Shown here: piece after piece, positions 1 through 21,554 of the stretch
Numbering within the stretch: position 1 is the first letter of the stretch
Layout of the letters: each line of letters begins with the position of its first letter
Origin: the human T2T-CHM13v2.0 reference genome, Homo sapiens
Length of the DNA: 64,000 nucleotides
Assembly (NCBI RefSeq): GCF_009914755.1
Contig: NC_060941.1
Strand: one strand, 5' to 3'
Made by a program: the position numbers and the translations under genes
Notes under the pieces: model-generated
The model's database searches: none
Told to the model about the DNA's origin: nothing
The model's input: the letters and a program-made list of their open reading frames with translations, nothing else

Positions 1-71
1 GCCCCACATCTAACATTAGGAATCATGTTTCAACATGAGGTTTGGAGGGGACACACATCCAAACCATATCA
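1..71 (+). mobile_element. 3' end of an MST/THE1 MaLR LTR
   Basis: TTTCAACATGAGGTTTGGAGGGGACACACATCCAAACCATATCA. Confidence 0.7.
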
Positions 72-136
72 GAGGCCGTAGAGTTTGGAAGCCTGAACTT
101 GCACTTGGGGTTTTTGGTCTAAGCTGGAAGGAGTCA

Positions 137-1685
<1,549 letters not shown>

Positions 1686-2711
1686 CTAGATAATACCATG
1701 TGACCATATATAAGAAAGGGATGTCTGTTTCGGCTGTTTCAGGGTTGGGCTTATTCCCAGAATTAGAGGCAACTGTGTGAGTTAAAACCACCTAGAAAGG
1801 CCTTCGTATTAGGTGTCCTCTCCCAGAAGTAGAGCCTGAGCCAGGAATTTGGGGCATGTGGTTTACTGAGGGAGGGCTCATCAGGAAGCATCTATAAGGG
1901 AGAGAAGAAAAGGATAATCAAGTGAAGTCTCAGGTAAAGGCTTGGCTTGACCTGCCAAGATCTCAAGCATAGATCCCAACACAGAATTGTCCTGTCCCCT
2001 TTTGTACCCCTTAAGTGAGACATCAACTCCCCAGGAGTGGGGATGGGGTGGAATGTCCCAAGCACGTCAGGGTGACAGGCTCTCCAGGAGCCTCCAGAGA
2101 AGGTCACAGGTGTCAGCCATTAGCCTGGGTAGTGTTTTGCTGGCTGATAAAGGGCATTTGGGTGGGTCCCTGGCAATAGTCTGTTATTCACATAAGCCAG
2201 AGTTCTGCTTTTGAGAGTGTATCAGGAAATTATGGAACTATGGTATTAGAAACGCTAACTACAGAGATGTCATCTTTTTTTGAGGCTGAAGACAATGATC
2301 CGTCTCAGAAGCAGGTGACTTATTCCCCCTTCCCCCAATTTTGTGTGTTTCTTTGGACAGTGTCCTAGATGGTAGCATTAATTGCACCTCTGTTATGCCA
2401 CCAGCTCTATCTTGGTAAGCTTCTGAAGCACAAGTTAATTAAATGAGTGTAGCTGATGAATGCTAAATGATAATGTGTTGGTTTTTTTTCTTCCTGCCTG
2501 ACATGTAAGATAACCTGTTAGACGTGTGTAGTGATGTGTGATGGGGTGGGAGGATTCCATTTTTTGCACCTTTATTACAGTGGGTCTTAGGTACTAAAGC
2601 ATTTTAAAAGATTCTCCTTATTTCCCAAGAAGACAGATAAGATGTTGGCTGCATTTTTAGGTTGTGTAATTCAGGTGATTGTTTGGTATATTCACGTTGT
2701 GAAACTATAAC

Positions 2712-3124
2712 TTTCATGCACGTCCGTGTGAAGAGACCACCAAACAGGCTTTGGGTGAGCAACATGGCTGTTTATTTCACCTGGGTGCAGGTGGGCTGAG
2801 TCCGAAAAGAGAGTCAGCGAAGGGAGATAAGGGTGGGGCCATTTTATAGGATTTGGGTGGATAAAGGAAAATTACAGTCAAAGGGGGTTTGTTCTCTGGT
2901 GGGCAGAGTGGGGGTCACAAGGTGCTCAGTAGGGGAGCTTTTGAGCCAGAATGAGCCAGGAGAAGGAATTTCACAAGACAATGTCATCAGTTAAGGCGGG
3001 AGCAGGCCATTTTCACTTCTTTTGTGGTGGAATGTCATCAGTTGAGGCAGGAACCGGCCATCTGGATGTGTACGTGCAGGTCACAGGGGATATGATGGCT
3101 TAGCTTCGGCTCAGAGGCCTGACA
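2712..3124 (-). mobile_element. HERV-H 3' LTR (LTR7)
   Basis: Direct repeat of 7853-8286; preceded on minus strand by PPT AAGAAGACAGGAA. Confidence 0.94.
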
Positions 3125-4979
3125 TTCCTGTCTTCTTATATTAATAAGAAAAATAAAATGAAATAGTGGTAAAGTGTTGGGACGGTGAAAATTTTTGGGG
3201 GTGGTGTGGAGAGATAATGGGCGGTGTTTCTCAGGGCTGCTTCGAGCGGGATTAGGGGCGGCGTGGGAACCTAGAGTGGGAGAGATTAAGCTGAAGGAAG
3301 ATTTTGTGGTAAGGGGTGATATTGTGGGACTATTAGCAGAAACATTTGTCATTTAGAATTATTGGTGATGGCCTGGATACGGTTTTGTATGAATTGAAAA
3401 ACTAAACGGAATAAGAGAAGGAGAAAAACAGGTATTAAAGGTCTAAGAATTGGGAGGACCTAGGACATCTAATTAGAGTGCCTAAGGAGATTCAGCATAG
3501 CCTTGCCAGCAAAGATTATTTATTTACTTCAAGAGTTAAGAGTGGCAGTTTGGGGATAGCACCAGGAAATATCAGCTGTGATGGCTTGGAGAAATAGTGT
3601 AAACCAGCAGTGTAAACAAGAGCAGGGAATGCATGAGTAGTTGAGAATGGTGAATAGGAGTATGACTAGACAGAAGATAGTAGGGATGACAAGTTTTTTG
3701 GGGCACAGTCTAAGTTGGTCTGGTGTCTGGAATGAGACTGGGACCAAATAAAAAGGAACGTCTATACAGGAGCTCAAATGGGCTGTACCTTGTAGCATTC
3801 TGAGGTCAGGCCTGACTTCTGAGAAGGGAAAGTGGTAAAAGTATTGTCCAGTCCTTTTTAAGTTGGTAGCTGAGCTTGGTGAGGTGTGTTTTTAAAAGAC
3901 CTTTAGTCCGTTCTACTTTTCCTGAAGACGGAGGACCGTAAGGGATATAAAGGTTTCACTGAATACTAAGAGCCTGAGAAACTGCTTGGCTGATTTGACT
4001 AATAAAGGCTGGTCTGTTATCAGACTGTATACAGGCGGGAAGGCTAAACTGAGGAATTGTGTCTGACAGAAGGGAAGAAATGACAGTGGTGGCCTTCTCA
4101 GACCCTGTAGGAAAGGCCTGTACCTATCCAGTGAAAGTGTCTACCTAGACTAAGAGGTATTTTAGTTTTTGTGACTCGGTGCATGTTGAGTAAAGCTAAC
4201 TTGCCAGTCCTGGGCGGGGGCAAATCCTTGAGCTTGATGTGTAGGGAAGGGAGGGGGCCTGAATAATCCTTGAGGAGTAGTAGAATAGCAGATGGAACAC
4301 TGAGAAATTATTTCCTTGAGGATAGATTTCTACAATGGAAAGGAAATGAAAGGTTCTAAGAGGCGGGCTAGTGGCTTGTACTATAGCATAGCCTGCCTTT
4401 GCTGCTGTGTGGTGATTAGGCCTGGTGGAACTGCCATCAATAAATCAAGCGTGATCAGGGTGAGAAACAGGGAAGAAGGAAATGTGGGGAAATGGGAAGA
4501 ACATCAGGTGGATCAGAGAGATACAGTCATGGGGGTCAGGTGTGGTATCAGGAATAATGTGGGAGGCCAGATTGAAGTCCAGGCCAGGAACAATGGTAAT
4601 TGTGGGACTTAACAAAGAGTGAGTACAGCTGAAGGAGCCAGGGAGCAGAAAGTATATGCATCAGGTATGAGGAAGAAAATAATTTTGGAAGTTATGAGAA
4701 ATGTAGAGAGTGAGATGAGCATAGTTTGTGATTTTTAGGGCCTCTGAAAGTATTAAAGCAGCGGCAGCCGCTGCACGCAGACTTGAGGGCTAGGCTAAAA
4801 CAGTAAGGTCAAGTTGTTTGGACAGAAAGGCTACAAGGTGCGGTCCTGGCTCTTGTGTAAGAATTCTGACACACTAACCATGCCTAGGAAGGAAAGGAGT
4901 TGTTGTTTTGTAAGGGATTGAGGTTTGGGAGATTAATCAGACATGATCAGCAGGGAGAGCACGTGTGTTTTTATGAGAA

Positions 4980-5878
4980 TTATGCTGAGACAGGTAACAG
5001 ATGAGGATGAAATTTGGGCTTGACTGAAGTAATGGGGGCTGTCTGTGAAGCCTTGCAGCAGTACAGCCCGGGTAATTTGCTGAGCCTAATGGATGTCAGG
5101 GTCAGTCCAAGTGAAAGCAAAGAGAGGCTGGGATGACGGGTGCAAAGGAATTGTAAAGAAAGCATGTTTGAGATCCAGAACAGAATAATGGATTGTGGAG
5201 GGAGGTATTGAGGATAGGAGAGTATATGGTTTGGTACCACGGGGTGGATAGGCAAAACAATTTGGTTGATAAGGCATAGATCCTGAACTAACTTGTAAGG
5301 CTTGTCTGGTTTTAGGACAGGTAAAATGGGGGAATTGTAAGGAGAGTTTATAGGCTTTAAAAGGCCATGCTGTAGCAGGCATGTGATAACAGGCTTTACT
5401 CCTTTCAAAGCATGCTGTGGGATGGGATATGGGCATTGAGTGGGGTAAGGGTGATTATGTTTTAATGAGATGGTAAGGGGTGCATGATTGGTCGCCAAGG
5501 AGGGAGTAGAGGTATCTTATACTTGTGGGTTAAGGTGGGGGAATACAAAAGAGGAGGACGCAAAGGAGGCTTTGGATTGGGAAGAAGGGCAGCAATGAGA
5601 TGCGGCTGTGGTCCAGGAATAGTCAGGGAAGCAGATAATTTGGTTAAAATATCTCGGCCTAATAAGGGAACTGGGCAGGTGGGGATAACTAAAAAGGAGT
5701 GCTTTAAAGAGTATTGTCTAAGTTGGCACCAGAGTTGGGGAGTTTTAAGGGGTTTAGAAGCCTGGCTGTCAATACCCACAACAGTTATGGAGGCAAGGGA
5801 AACAGGCCCTTGAAAAGAAGGTAATGTGGAGTGGGTAGCCTCTGTATTGATTAAGAAGGGGACGGACTTACCTTCCAC
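4980..5878 (-). pseudogene. HERV-H protease / reverse transcriptase remnants, frameshifted
   Basis: FLINTEA (mutated D-T-G active site), [30 protein letters not shown] and [14 protein letters not shown]...FAFTW lie in different frames. Confidence 0.88.
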
Positions 5879-5958
5879 TGTGAGGGTTACCTAAAGCTCG
5901 GCATCCGTGATGGTCTACGGGGCTTCCGAGGCTATCGGGCAATGTCAGTCTTTAGCTG

Positions 5959-6285
5959 CTAAGCAGAGAAGGAGTCAGTCAGAGAGCCTTGGGCCAGAGT
6001 TCCAGGGGCTCTGGGAGTGGCTGCCAGGTGAGTTGAACAGTCCGATTTCCAGTGGGGTCCCGCACAGATGGGACACGGCTTGGGAGGAATCCTGGGCTGC
6101 AGGCATTCCTCGGCCTGGTGGTCAGATTTCGGGCACTTGTAGCAAGCTCCTGGGGGAGGAGGTTCCGGAGGAATGCCTGGCCGCTGAGGTTCAGGCGTTT
6201 GGAAGTTCTTGTGTGCTGGAGATGTGGCTGGGGTTTGTCTCACAGTGGAGGCAAGGAATTGCAACTTTTTTCTATTATTGTACAC
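5959..6285 (-). pseudogene. HERV-H gag remnant (nucleocapsid, two zinc knuckles)
   Basis: CYKCPKSDHQAEEC and CPICAGPHWKSDC CCHC motifs. Confidence 0.85.
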
Positions 6286-7832
6286 CTTGAAGGCGAGGTT
6301 AATTAAATCCTGTTGTGGAGTTTGAGGGCCGGAATTTAATTTTTGGAGTTTTATTTAATATCGGGAGCAGATTGGGTAATAAAATGTATATTGAGCATAA
6401 GACGGCCTTTTGACCTTTTAGGGTCTAGGGCTGTAAAGCGTCTCAGGGTTGCTGCCGAGCGAGCCATGAACTGGGCTGGGTTTTTATATTTGATGAAAAA
6501 GAGCCTAAACGCTATCTGATTTGGGATAAAGAAAAAGGAGCATTAACCTTGACTATGCCTTTAGCTCCAGCCACCTTTTTAAGAGTAAATTGCTGGGCAG
6601 GTGGGGGAGGGCCAGTCACTGAACGAAACTGTAAGCTGGACCGGGTGTGAGGAGGGGAGGTGATAAAAAGATTATAGGGTGGAGGAGCGGAGGCTGAGGA
6701 AGAATTGGGACCTAGCTCGGCCTGGCGAGGAGGGGAGAGGTCAGATGGGTCTGTAGAAAAGGAAGATTAGAAAGACTCAGCGATGCTTGGGGTTGGGACT
6801 GAGGGGACAGGCGGGAGGGAAAGAAGGAAGATTTGGGAAGAGTTGCACTGGGCACAGAGACTAGGAAGGGACTGATGTGTAAAAGAATGCCTGGACGTCA
6901 GGCACCTCAGACCGTTTGCCTATTTTACGACAAGAATTATTTAGCTCTTGCAGGATGGAAAAATTCAAAGTGCCATTTTCTGGCTATTTGGAATTACTGT
7001 CGAGTTTGTATTGGGGTCAAGCGGCATTGCAGAAGAAAATAAGGCATTTAGGTTTTAGGTCAGGTGTGAGTTGAAGAGGTTTTAAGTTCTTGAGGACACA
7101 GGCTTAGGGAGAAGAAGGAGAAATGGAAGGTGGAAGCTTGCCCATAGTGAAGGAGGCAAGCCCAGAGAAAAGAGAGAGTAGAGACACGGAGGGAAGAGGT
7201 TCGGGGGTTCTTACCCTCCAGAAAAGCGGGAAAGGGGTCGGGGTGTGGAAATAAGGGATTGGGGCACGCAGATAAGAGGTCAGGGTGCGGAAATAAGGGA
7301 TTGGGGGTTCTTGCTCCCTAGAAAAGCGGGACTTACCGCTAAGGGTGAAGGAGAAGTGGTTGAGGGGTACTTGCCCCTCCCTCAGAAAAGCGGGACTTGC
7401 CGCTAAGGGTGAAGGACCAAGGCAGGCGTCCCTGCGTGGTCTGACACCTTTGAAACATGGGTGAATAATCAGAGAGGCGTCCCTGCAATGATTAAACACC
7501 AAGGGAAGGCTACCTTCCCAGTCTGTGACCAGCGCTGGAGTTTTGGGTCCATGGATAAAACGTGTCTCCTTTGTCTCCACCAGAATATGAAAGGAATTGA
7601 AATTGAGAGAAGGGAGAGATTGAAGTGTGGCACCAAGATTGAAAGAAGCAAGAGGTTGAGAGATAGTGAGGGAAGTTGGAGAAGAGAGTAAAAAGAGGCC
7701 GCTTACCGGATTTGAAATTGGTGAGATGTTTCTTGGGCTGGTCGGTCTGAGGACCTGAGGTCATAGGTGGATCTTTCTCACACAGCAAAGAGCAGGAGGA
7801 TGGGGGATTGATCTCCCAAGGGAGGTCCCCCG

Positions 7833-7850
7833 ATCCGAGTCACGGCACCA
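7833..7850 (-). other. Primer-binding site for tRNA-His
   Basis: TGGTGCCGTGACTCGGAT just after the 5' LTR, complementary to the tRNA-His 3' end. Confidence 0.93.
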
Positions 7851-7852
7851 AA

Positions 7853-8286
7853 TTTCATGCGTGGCCGTGTGAAGAAACCACCAAACAGGCTTTGTGTGAG
7901 CAACATGGCTGTTTATTTCACCTGGGTGCAGGCGGGCTGAGTCCGAAAAGAGAGTCAGCAAAGGGAGATAAGGGTGGGGCCGTTTTATAGGATTTGGGTG
8001 GATAAAGGAAAATTACAGTCAAAGGGGTTTGTTCTCTGGCGGGCAGAGCGGGGTGGGGGGAGGCGGGAAGGTCACAAGGTGCTCAGCAGGGGAGCTTTTG
8101 AGCCAGGATGAGCCAGGAGAAGGAATTTCACAAGACAATGTCATCAGTTAAGGCGGGAACAGGCCATTTTCACTTCTTTTGTGGTGGAACATCATCAGTT
8201 AAGGCAGGAACCGGCCATCTGGATGTGATGTGTATGTGCAGGTCACAGGGGATATGATGGCTTAGCTTCAGCTCAGAGGCCTGACA
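7853..8286 (-). mobile_element. HERV-H 5' LTR (LTR7)
   Basis: On minus strand TGTCAGGCCTCTGAG...GCATGAAA; TATA (CCTATAAAA) and AATAAA present. Confidence 0.94.
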
Positions 8287-8614
8287 ATAACCACTATCTT
8301 CTTGCTGTTTATTCTCACAGCTCCCTGCCCCTCCCTAATTGCATCACACTGCATGCTTAGCTTAATTGTCTGTCTTCCCTTAGACTGTGAGTGAGTCTAT
8401 GAGGACAGGAACTGTCTGCCTTCCTAATCAATTTTCAGCACCTTGCCCAGCCTGGCACATGACAGGCACTGAACAGAAATTTGTTGAATAAAGGCCCTGA
8501 GCAGTGGCTCATGCCAGTAATCCCAGAACTTTGGGAGGCTGTGGAAGGAGGATTGCTTGAGCCAGGAGTTTGAGACCAGCCTGGCAAACATACTGACAGC
8601 CTCCTTATGCTTTA

Positions 8615-9496
<882 letters not shown>

Positions 9497-9606
9497 ACTC
9501 CAGCCTGGGCAACAGAGCAAGACCCTGTTTCAAAACAAAACAAAAAAGAAAAAAATTTGCTGGGTGAATAAGTAACTGAAAAGAATGGAAAGCAGATCTT
9601 CCAGGC

Positions 9607-9880
9607 TGTGCTGGGTTGAATAGCGTCCCCACAAATTCACGTCTGCTCAGAAGCTGTGAATATGACCTTACAGGGTCTTTGCAGAGGTAATCAAGCTGAA
9701 ATGAGGGCACAGTGGATTCGTTTGGGCCCTAATCCAATGACTGGAGGCCTTACAGAAAGAGGGAAATTGGGGCAGGAACATACACCTGGGAGCAGGCGGA
9801 GGCAGAGGTTGGAGTGACAACCTGGGCACCAGGAGCTAGGAGAGAGGCATGGCCCTGAGTCTCCAGAAGGGCCTCCGAGG
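9607..9880 (+). mobile_element. MaLR LTR (MLT1-like) fragment
   Basis: TGTGCTGGGTTGAATAGCGTCCCC...GTCTTTGCAGAGGTAATCAAG, typical of an MLT1 5' end. Confidence 0.6.
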
Positions 9881-10716
9881 GCCAGGGGCTGAGGAAAGGC
9901 AGGTGCACTGAACAACTCAACAACCCTGCCGCTTACAAGTCAGTCCCTTTGCAGGGCCTTGCAGACCCGGGGAGGGAACAGCCGTGCTGGCTGCACTCGC
10001 CAGGGATAACTATGGCTTGCTTCTCATTGGACGAGGTGCCCCTCAATCACACAAAGGCTCAGGATGGGCCTCACTGTGACTTCTGGGCCTTTTTTCTTTG
10101 GTCAAGTAAAGGGGCGGGACCTGATTGGCTACAGGTTTGAGGACAGTTGTCTCCCTCTCTAGACTGGAAGGAGACTGGCAGTGGCTGAAGCGCCTGAGCT
10201 GATGACTTCTGACGCCCCAGAGTGGCGCTGAGGAGCATTTGCAGGTTTTTGGAATTTCCAATCAAAGGTGGAGGCAGGGTTTACACCCAAACCTAGAACA
10301 AATCACCCGTTCTCTTTCCTGATTTCCCTTTCTGAGTAACTGAGATTATAACCTCCAGGGCGGCTTTCCTAAGACTTCTGGACCTGACAAGATTCTTCTA
10401 GAATTCCTCAGCTGCCAGGTGCTCTCACCTTCCCTCAATCTCAATGAGAAGCAGAATAACCAGATGTACAAAGAATTTGAATTCCAGTTGTACAAGTATA
10501 GAGAGACAGCTGCCAAAGAGCTGTGTAGGAACATGGACTTTGAGCATCTCAGAGAGCGGCCCTCTGGCATGTGGCTTTCCTGCCGGGGAGGCTGGTGGCA
10601 GCTGCCACATCAGGTCTCAGTGGGCAGAGATGAAGTCTTTGCAAACATAAAAAAATAAAATAAAACTGTCTCTTTTGTATTTCCCCACCCAGAAAAACAG
10701 CCTTGACATATGCTGT

Positions 10717-12236
10717 TGTGTCCAAAATTGGTGGATTCCTGACTTCACTGACCTCAAGAAGGAAGCCACAGACCCTCACGGTGAGTGTTACAGTTCTTAA
10801 AGACGGTGTGTCCGGGGTTTGTGCCTTCTGATAGGCAGTGAGTGTTACAATTCTTAAAGATGGTGTGTCCAGCGTTTGTGCCTTCTGATATTCAGACGTG
10901 TTCAAAGTTTATCCCTTCTGGTGGGTTTGTGGTTTTGGTGGCTTCAGGAATGAAGCTGCAGACCTTCCAAGTGAGTATTAACAGCTCTTAAGGTGGCGTG
11001 TCTGGAGTTGTTCATTCCTCCCAGTGGGTTTATGGTCTCGCTGACTTCAGGAGTAAAGCTGTAGACTTTCGTGGTGAGTGTTACAGCTCATTAAGGCGGT
11101 GCAGACTGAAAGACTCAGCAGCAGCAAGATTTATTGCAAAGAGCAAAACAAAGCACCCACAATTCACAAGGGAACCCCAGTGGGTTGCCACTGCTGACTC
11201 GGGCAGCCTGCTTTTATTCCCTTATCTGACCCCACCCACATCCTGCTGATTGGCCCATTTTACAGAGAGCTGATTGGTCCATTTTACAGAGCGCTGATTG
11301 GTCCGTTTTACAGAGAGCTGATTGGTCCGTTTTGACAGGGTGCTGATTGGTACGTTTACAATCCCTGAGCTAGACACAGAGTGCTGATTGGTGTATTTAC
11401 AATCCTCTAGCTAGATGTAAAAGTTCTCCAAGTGCCCACTAGATTAGCTAGACACGGAGCACTGGTTAGTGCGTTTGCAAACCTTGAGCTAGACACAGAG
11501 TGTTGATTGGTGCATTTACAAACCCTGAGCTAGACACAGAGTGCTGATTGGTGCATATAGAATCCTCTGGCTAAACATAAAAGTTCTCCAGGTCTCCACC
11601 TGACTCCAGAGCCCATCTGGCTTCCCCTAGTGGATCCTGCACCAGAACTGCAGGCGGAGCTGCCCGCCAGTCCCACGCTGCGTGCCTGCACTCCTCAGCC
11701 CTTGGGCGGTCGATTGGACCGGGCACCACAGAGCATGGGGTGGCGCCTGTTGGGGAGGCTCGGGCCCTGTGGGAGCCCACCGTGGGGGGGCTTGGGCATG
11801 GTGGGCTGCAGGTCCTGAGCCCTGCCCCATGGGGAGGTGGCTGAGGCCTGGCAAGAATTCAAGTGTGGTGCGGGCAGGCCGGCAGTGCTGGGGGACCTGG
11901 TGCCGCCTCCTCCCCTGCTGGCCTGGGTGCTAAGATGCTCACTCCCTGGGGCCAGTGCCGGCCAGCCGCTCTGAGTGTGGGGCCTGCTGAGCCGGCGCCC
12001 ATCCAGCACTCCCGCTGGCCCACGAGGGCCATGCGCGGCCCTGGTTCCTGCCCGTGCCTCTCCCTCCACACCTCCCCGCAAGCAGAGGGAGCCGGCTCCG
12101 GCCTCGGCCAGCCCAGAGAGGGGCTCCCACAGTGCAGTGGCGGGCTGAAGGGCTTCTCAAGTGTGGCCAGAGTGGGCACTGAGGCCAAGGAGGCACTGAG
12201 AGCAAGTGAGGGCTGCCAGCACGCTGTCACCTCTCA
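10717..12236 (-). mobile_element. Solo LTR12 (ERV9; long C/D-type)
   Basis: Minus strand starts TGAGAGGTGACAGCGTGCTGGCAG; TSD CTGT (10713-10716 and 12237-12240); GC-rich U3; tandem CCAAT repeats at ~11245-11555. Confidence 0.93.
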
Positions 12237-12419
12237 CTGTGGAGACAAGATCGGTGAACAGGTGGTAACGGAATATGAATGGAAAACCCTGGAGGCGTTT
12301 GGGCTTCAGCTCTAGGGCCAGGAGCTGCCTGGCTGTGGTTTTAATACCTGACTTCCAAATGTGACGTTTTCCTGGAGGAACACAGCTCTGTTTACTATGA
12401 TGGAATTCAGCATAGCTGT

Positions 12420-14000
<1,581 letters not shown>

Positions 14001-15252
14001 CTGTATTTCTTGGGGAACCTCAGCCTCTAGGTGCCTTTGCCACAGTCATAGGCCATGGTCTGCACAGTGTTTGGGAGGAGAATGGGAGAGACCTGGATGG
14101 AGTCTTGGCTTGTGGCAGTTCTCTCCAGTGATGCGGTCAAACCCATCTGATAAAGACCATGGGGGACACGTCCATATGTCCACAAATTAGGTTTATTAGC
14201 TTATTCTAGCAGGGGAGTTACTGGCTCCCATTCAAGGCACTGTGGGCCACCTCCCCATGCAAAAGAAGGGACATGTGGTTATAGGATTTGGGGAAGGATG
14301 GAATGGGGGTAAAATGTAAATGAAGCAGTTCTTTGATAGGTTTAAAACAAATATAGTGAGAGCCTGTCTCTACAAAAAGTTTTTAAAAATTATCAGGTGT
14401 GGTGACATGCACCTGTGATCACAGTTGCTCGGGAGGCTGAGGTGAGAGGGTCACCTGAGCCCAAGAGGTCAAGGCTGCAGTGAGCTGCGATCACGCCACT
14501 GCACTCCAGCCTGGGCAACAGAGCAAGACTCTGTCTCAAAAAAAAAAAAAAGAAAGAAAAAAAATTTGCTGGATGAATAACTTCAGACTGGAGTTGAAGG
14601 CCTGGCCCTCAAAATTGACTCAAGGTCCTGTCTGTTTGACATAGTTAAGAAAAATGTAGAATGTTGTGCTCATTCTGGTTATCTGAAGCTCTGCACCTGG
14701 GTTGGGATTGGGGCTGTTTCTCTGGGTCAAGGGATCCGCATGCTGCTGAGGCAAGACTGGGATGTTCCATCCTCCAGGCAAGAGTGGCTTGTTCCATTCT
14801 CACTGATGTGACTTCAAACAGCAAACTTGTCATGGCCTTTGATTTTAGCAGCCAAGGTTTCCTCGTTCTATGTCCTTAATGTTAATGAACAGAGCCACAT
14901 TTTTATGTGTTCACAGATGAAAAGCAGGTCAGACAATAAGCAGGTGGTTTCATCAGGCTATCAGTATGGGGTATCAGGCTATTATTATTCCCTCTAGACT
15001 TCTATTTCTTCTTATGTTTGTAGAGAAGAAGCAGATACAGCTAGGAGGGCTGAGGAGAATGCGGGTGTGGGGGCAGGCTGGCATGACATGAATTTGCCAA
15101 CTTGTCTGTCATGTTTCAGAGAGATTCTTTAATCTTCCCCTTTATTGTACAAACCATCTGGAGGACAGAAAAAACAATTTATCAATAGGAAAGATAATTC
15201 GTGGTAAATGTGTATGTAATTTTAGGTTGATCTTGAACTGTATTGAAAGCTA

Positions 15253-20540
<5,288 letters not shown>

Positions 20541-21548
20541 CAGAGTGATCTAACCCATCAGTATATTCTACTTTGGACTCGAGTAACACTCGATGAGGCT
20601 CAGTCGTTAAGTTTAGGTAGCCTGAGTTTAAATTTGAGGAGGCCAATATGGGAGTAAGGGGGCTCTCTGCCCATGGCTACTCATTTTCTCTCCTGCTCTG
20701 ACCTGATGTGATGTCCACCCTGTCAAAGTCGTTGTGACTAGAGCTTTGTGGGGGAAAAGCATTTATTGCTTTTTATTGCTGAAGTAAGGAGCCTGGGGTG
20801 CCGCGGAGGACAGGGCGCCGCGAGCAGGGCGCCGAGCTGCCGCCACCTGCCGCCCGGAGCTGGCACTGCACCCTTTTAGTGCAAAGCAAATCCCTGTCCC
20901 ATTGGTCCCCTCCTTCCCTAACCATGAAATCTAAAGCGAAGCTCCCCTCTCTCCCTTCCACTCTCCTACCGAGGGTCCTTTATTCTATTTATTTATTTAT
21001 TTGTTTATTTATTTATTATTTTTATTTTTGTTATTTTTTTGAGACGGAGTCTTGCTCTGTCGCCCAGGCTGGAGTGCAGTGGTGTAATCTTGGCTCACTG
21101 CAACTCTGCCCCCCAGGTTCAAGTGATTCTCCTGTCTCAGCCTCCCAAGTAGCTGGGATTACAGGCGCCCGCCACCACGCCCGGCTTACTTTTGTATTTT
21201 TAGTAGAGACGGGGTTTCACCATGTTGGCCAGGCTGGTCTAGATCTCCTGTCCTCAAGTGATCTGCCTGCCTTGGCCTCCCAAAGTGCTGGGATTACAGG
21301 CCACCGTGCCTGGCCACTTTATTCTGTTTAGAGTTGTTAGGGTTGTTCCAGGCTCCAGAGTCCAAATCCTGCAGATAGAGCTCAAAGGGTAAGGTGAACT
21401 GAAATGTCTTTGGCTTAGCTCAATTCTCGTCATGGGGGTTTGAAAAAGAAAGCAGGTTAATGGGGAGAATAGAAGAATGAAAGGGACCATGTGCAAAACT
21501 GGTCCCTATCCATGGAGTAACAACTAGTTGCATCTTCACTGTAGAAAA

Positions 21549-21554
21549 TTTATT
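21549..21554 (-). terminator. Likely ST6GALNAC1 polyadenylation signal AATAAA
   Basis: tttatt on + strand about 550 nt past the stop; a proximal variant ATTAAA lies at 21866-21871. Confidence 0.65.

Larger units (their letters stand above)
2712..8286 (-). mobile_element. HERV-H provirus (common internally deleted ~5.6-kb form)
   Basis: Two LTR7 copies; 5-bp TSD ATAAC (2707-2711 and 8287-8291); tRNA-His PBS; polypurine tract next to the 3' LTR; gag/pro/pol remnants. Confidence 0.96.

Noticed and set aside
7200-7415. Direct repeats in the HERV-H leader
   Set aside because: Ordinary feature of HERV-H internal sequence
11245-11560. Regularly spaced repeats resembling a CRISPR array
   Set aside because: Eukaryotic LTR12 tandem enhancer units; no unique spacers or cas genes
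11571-12315. Overlapping ORFs in all frames
   Set aside because: GC-rich LTR12 U3 lacks stops by composition
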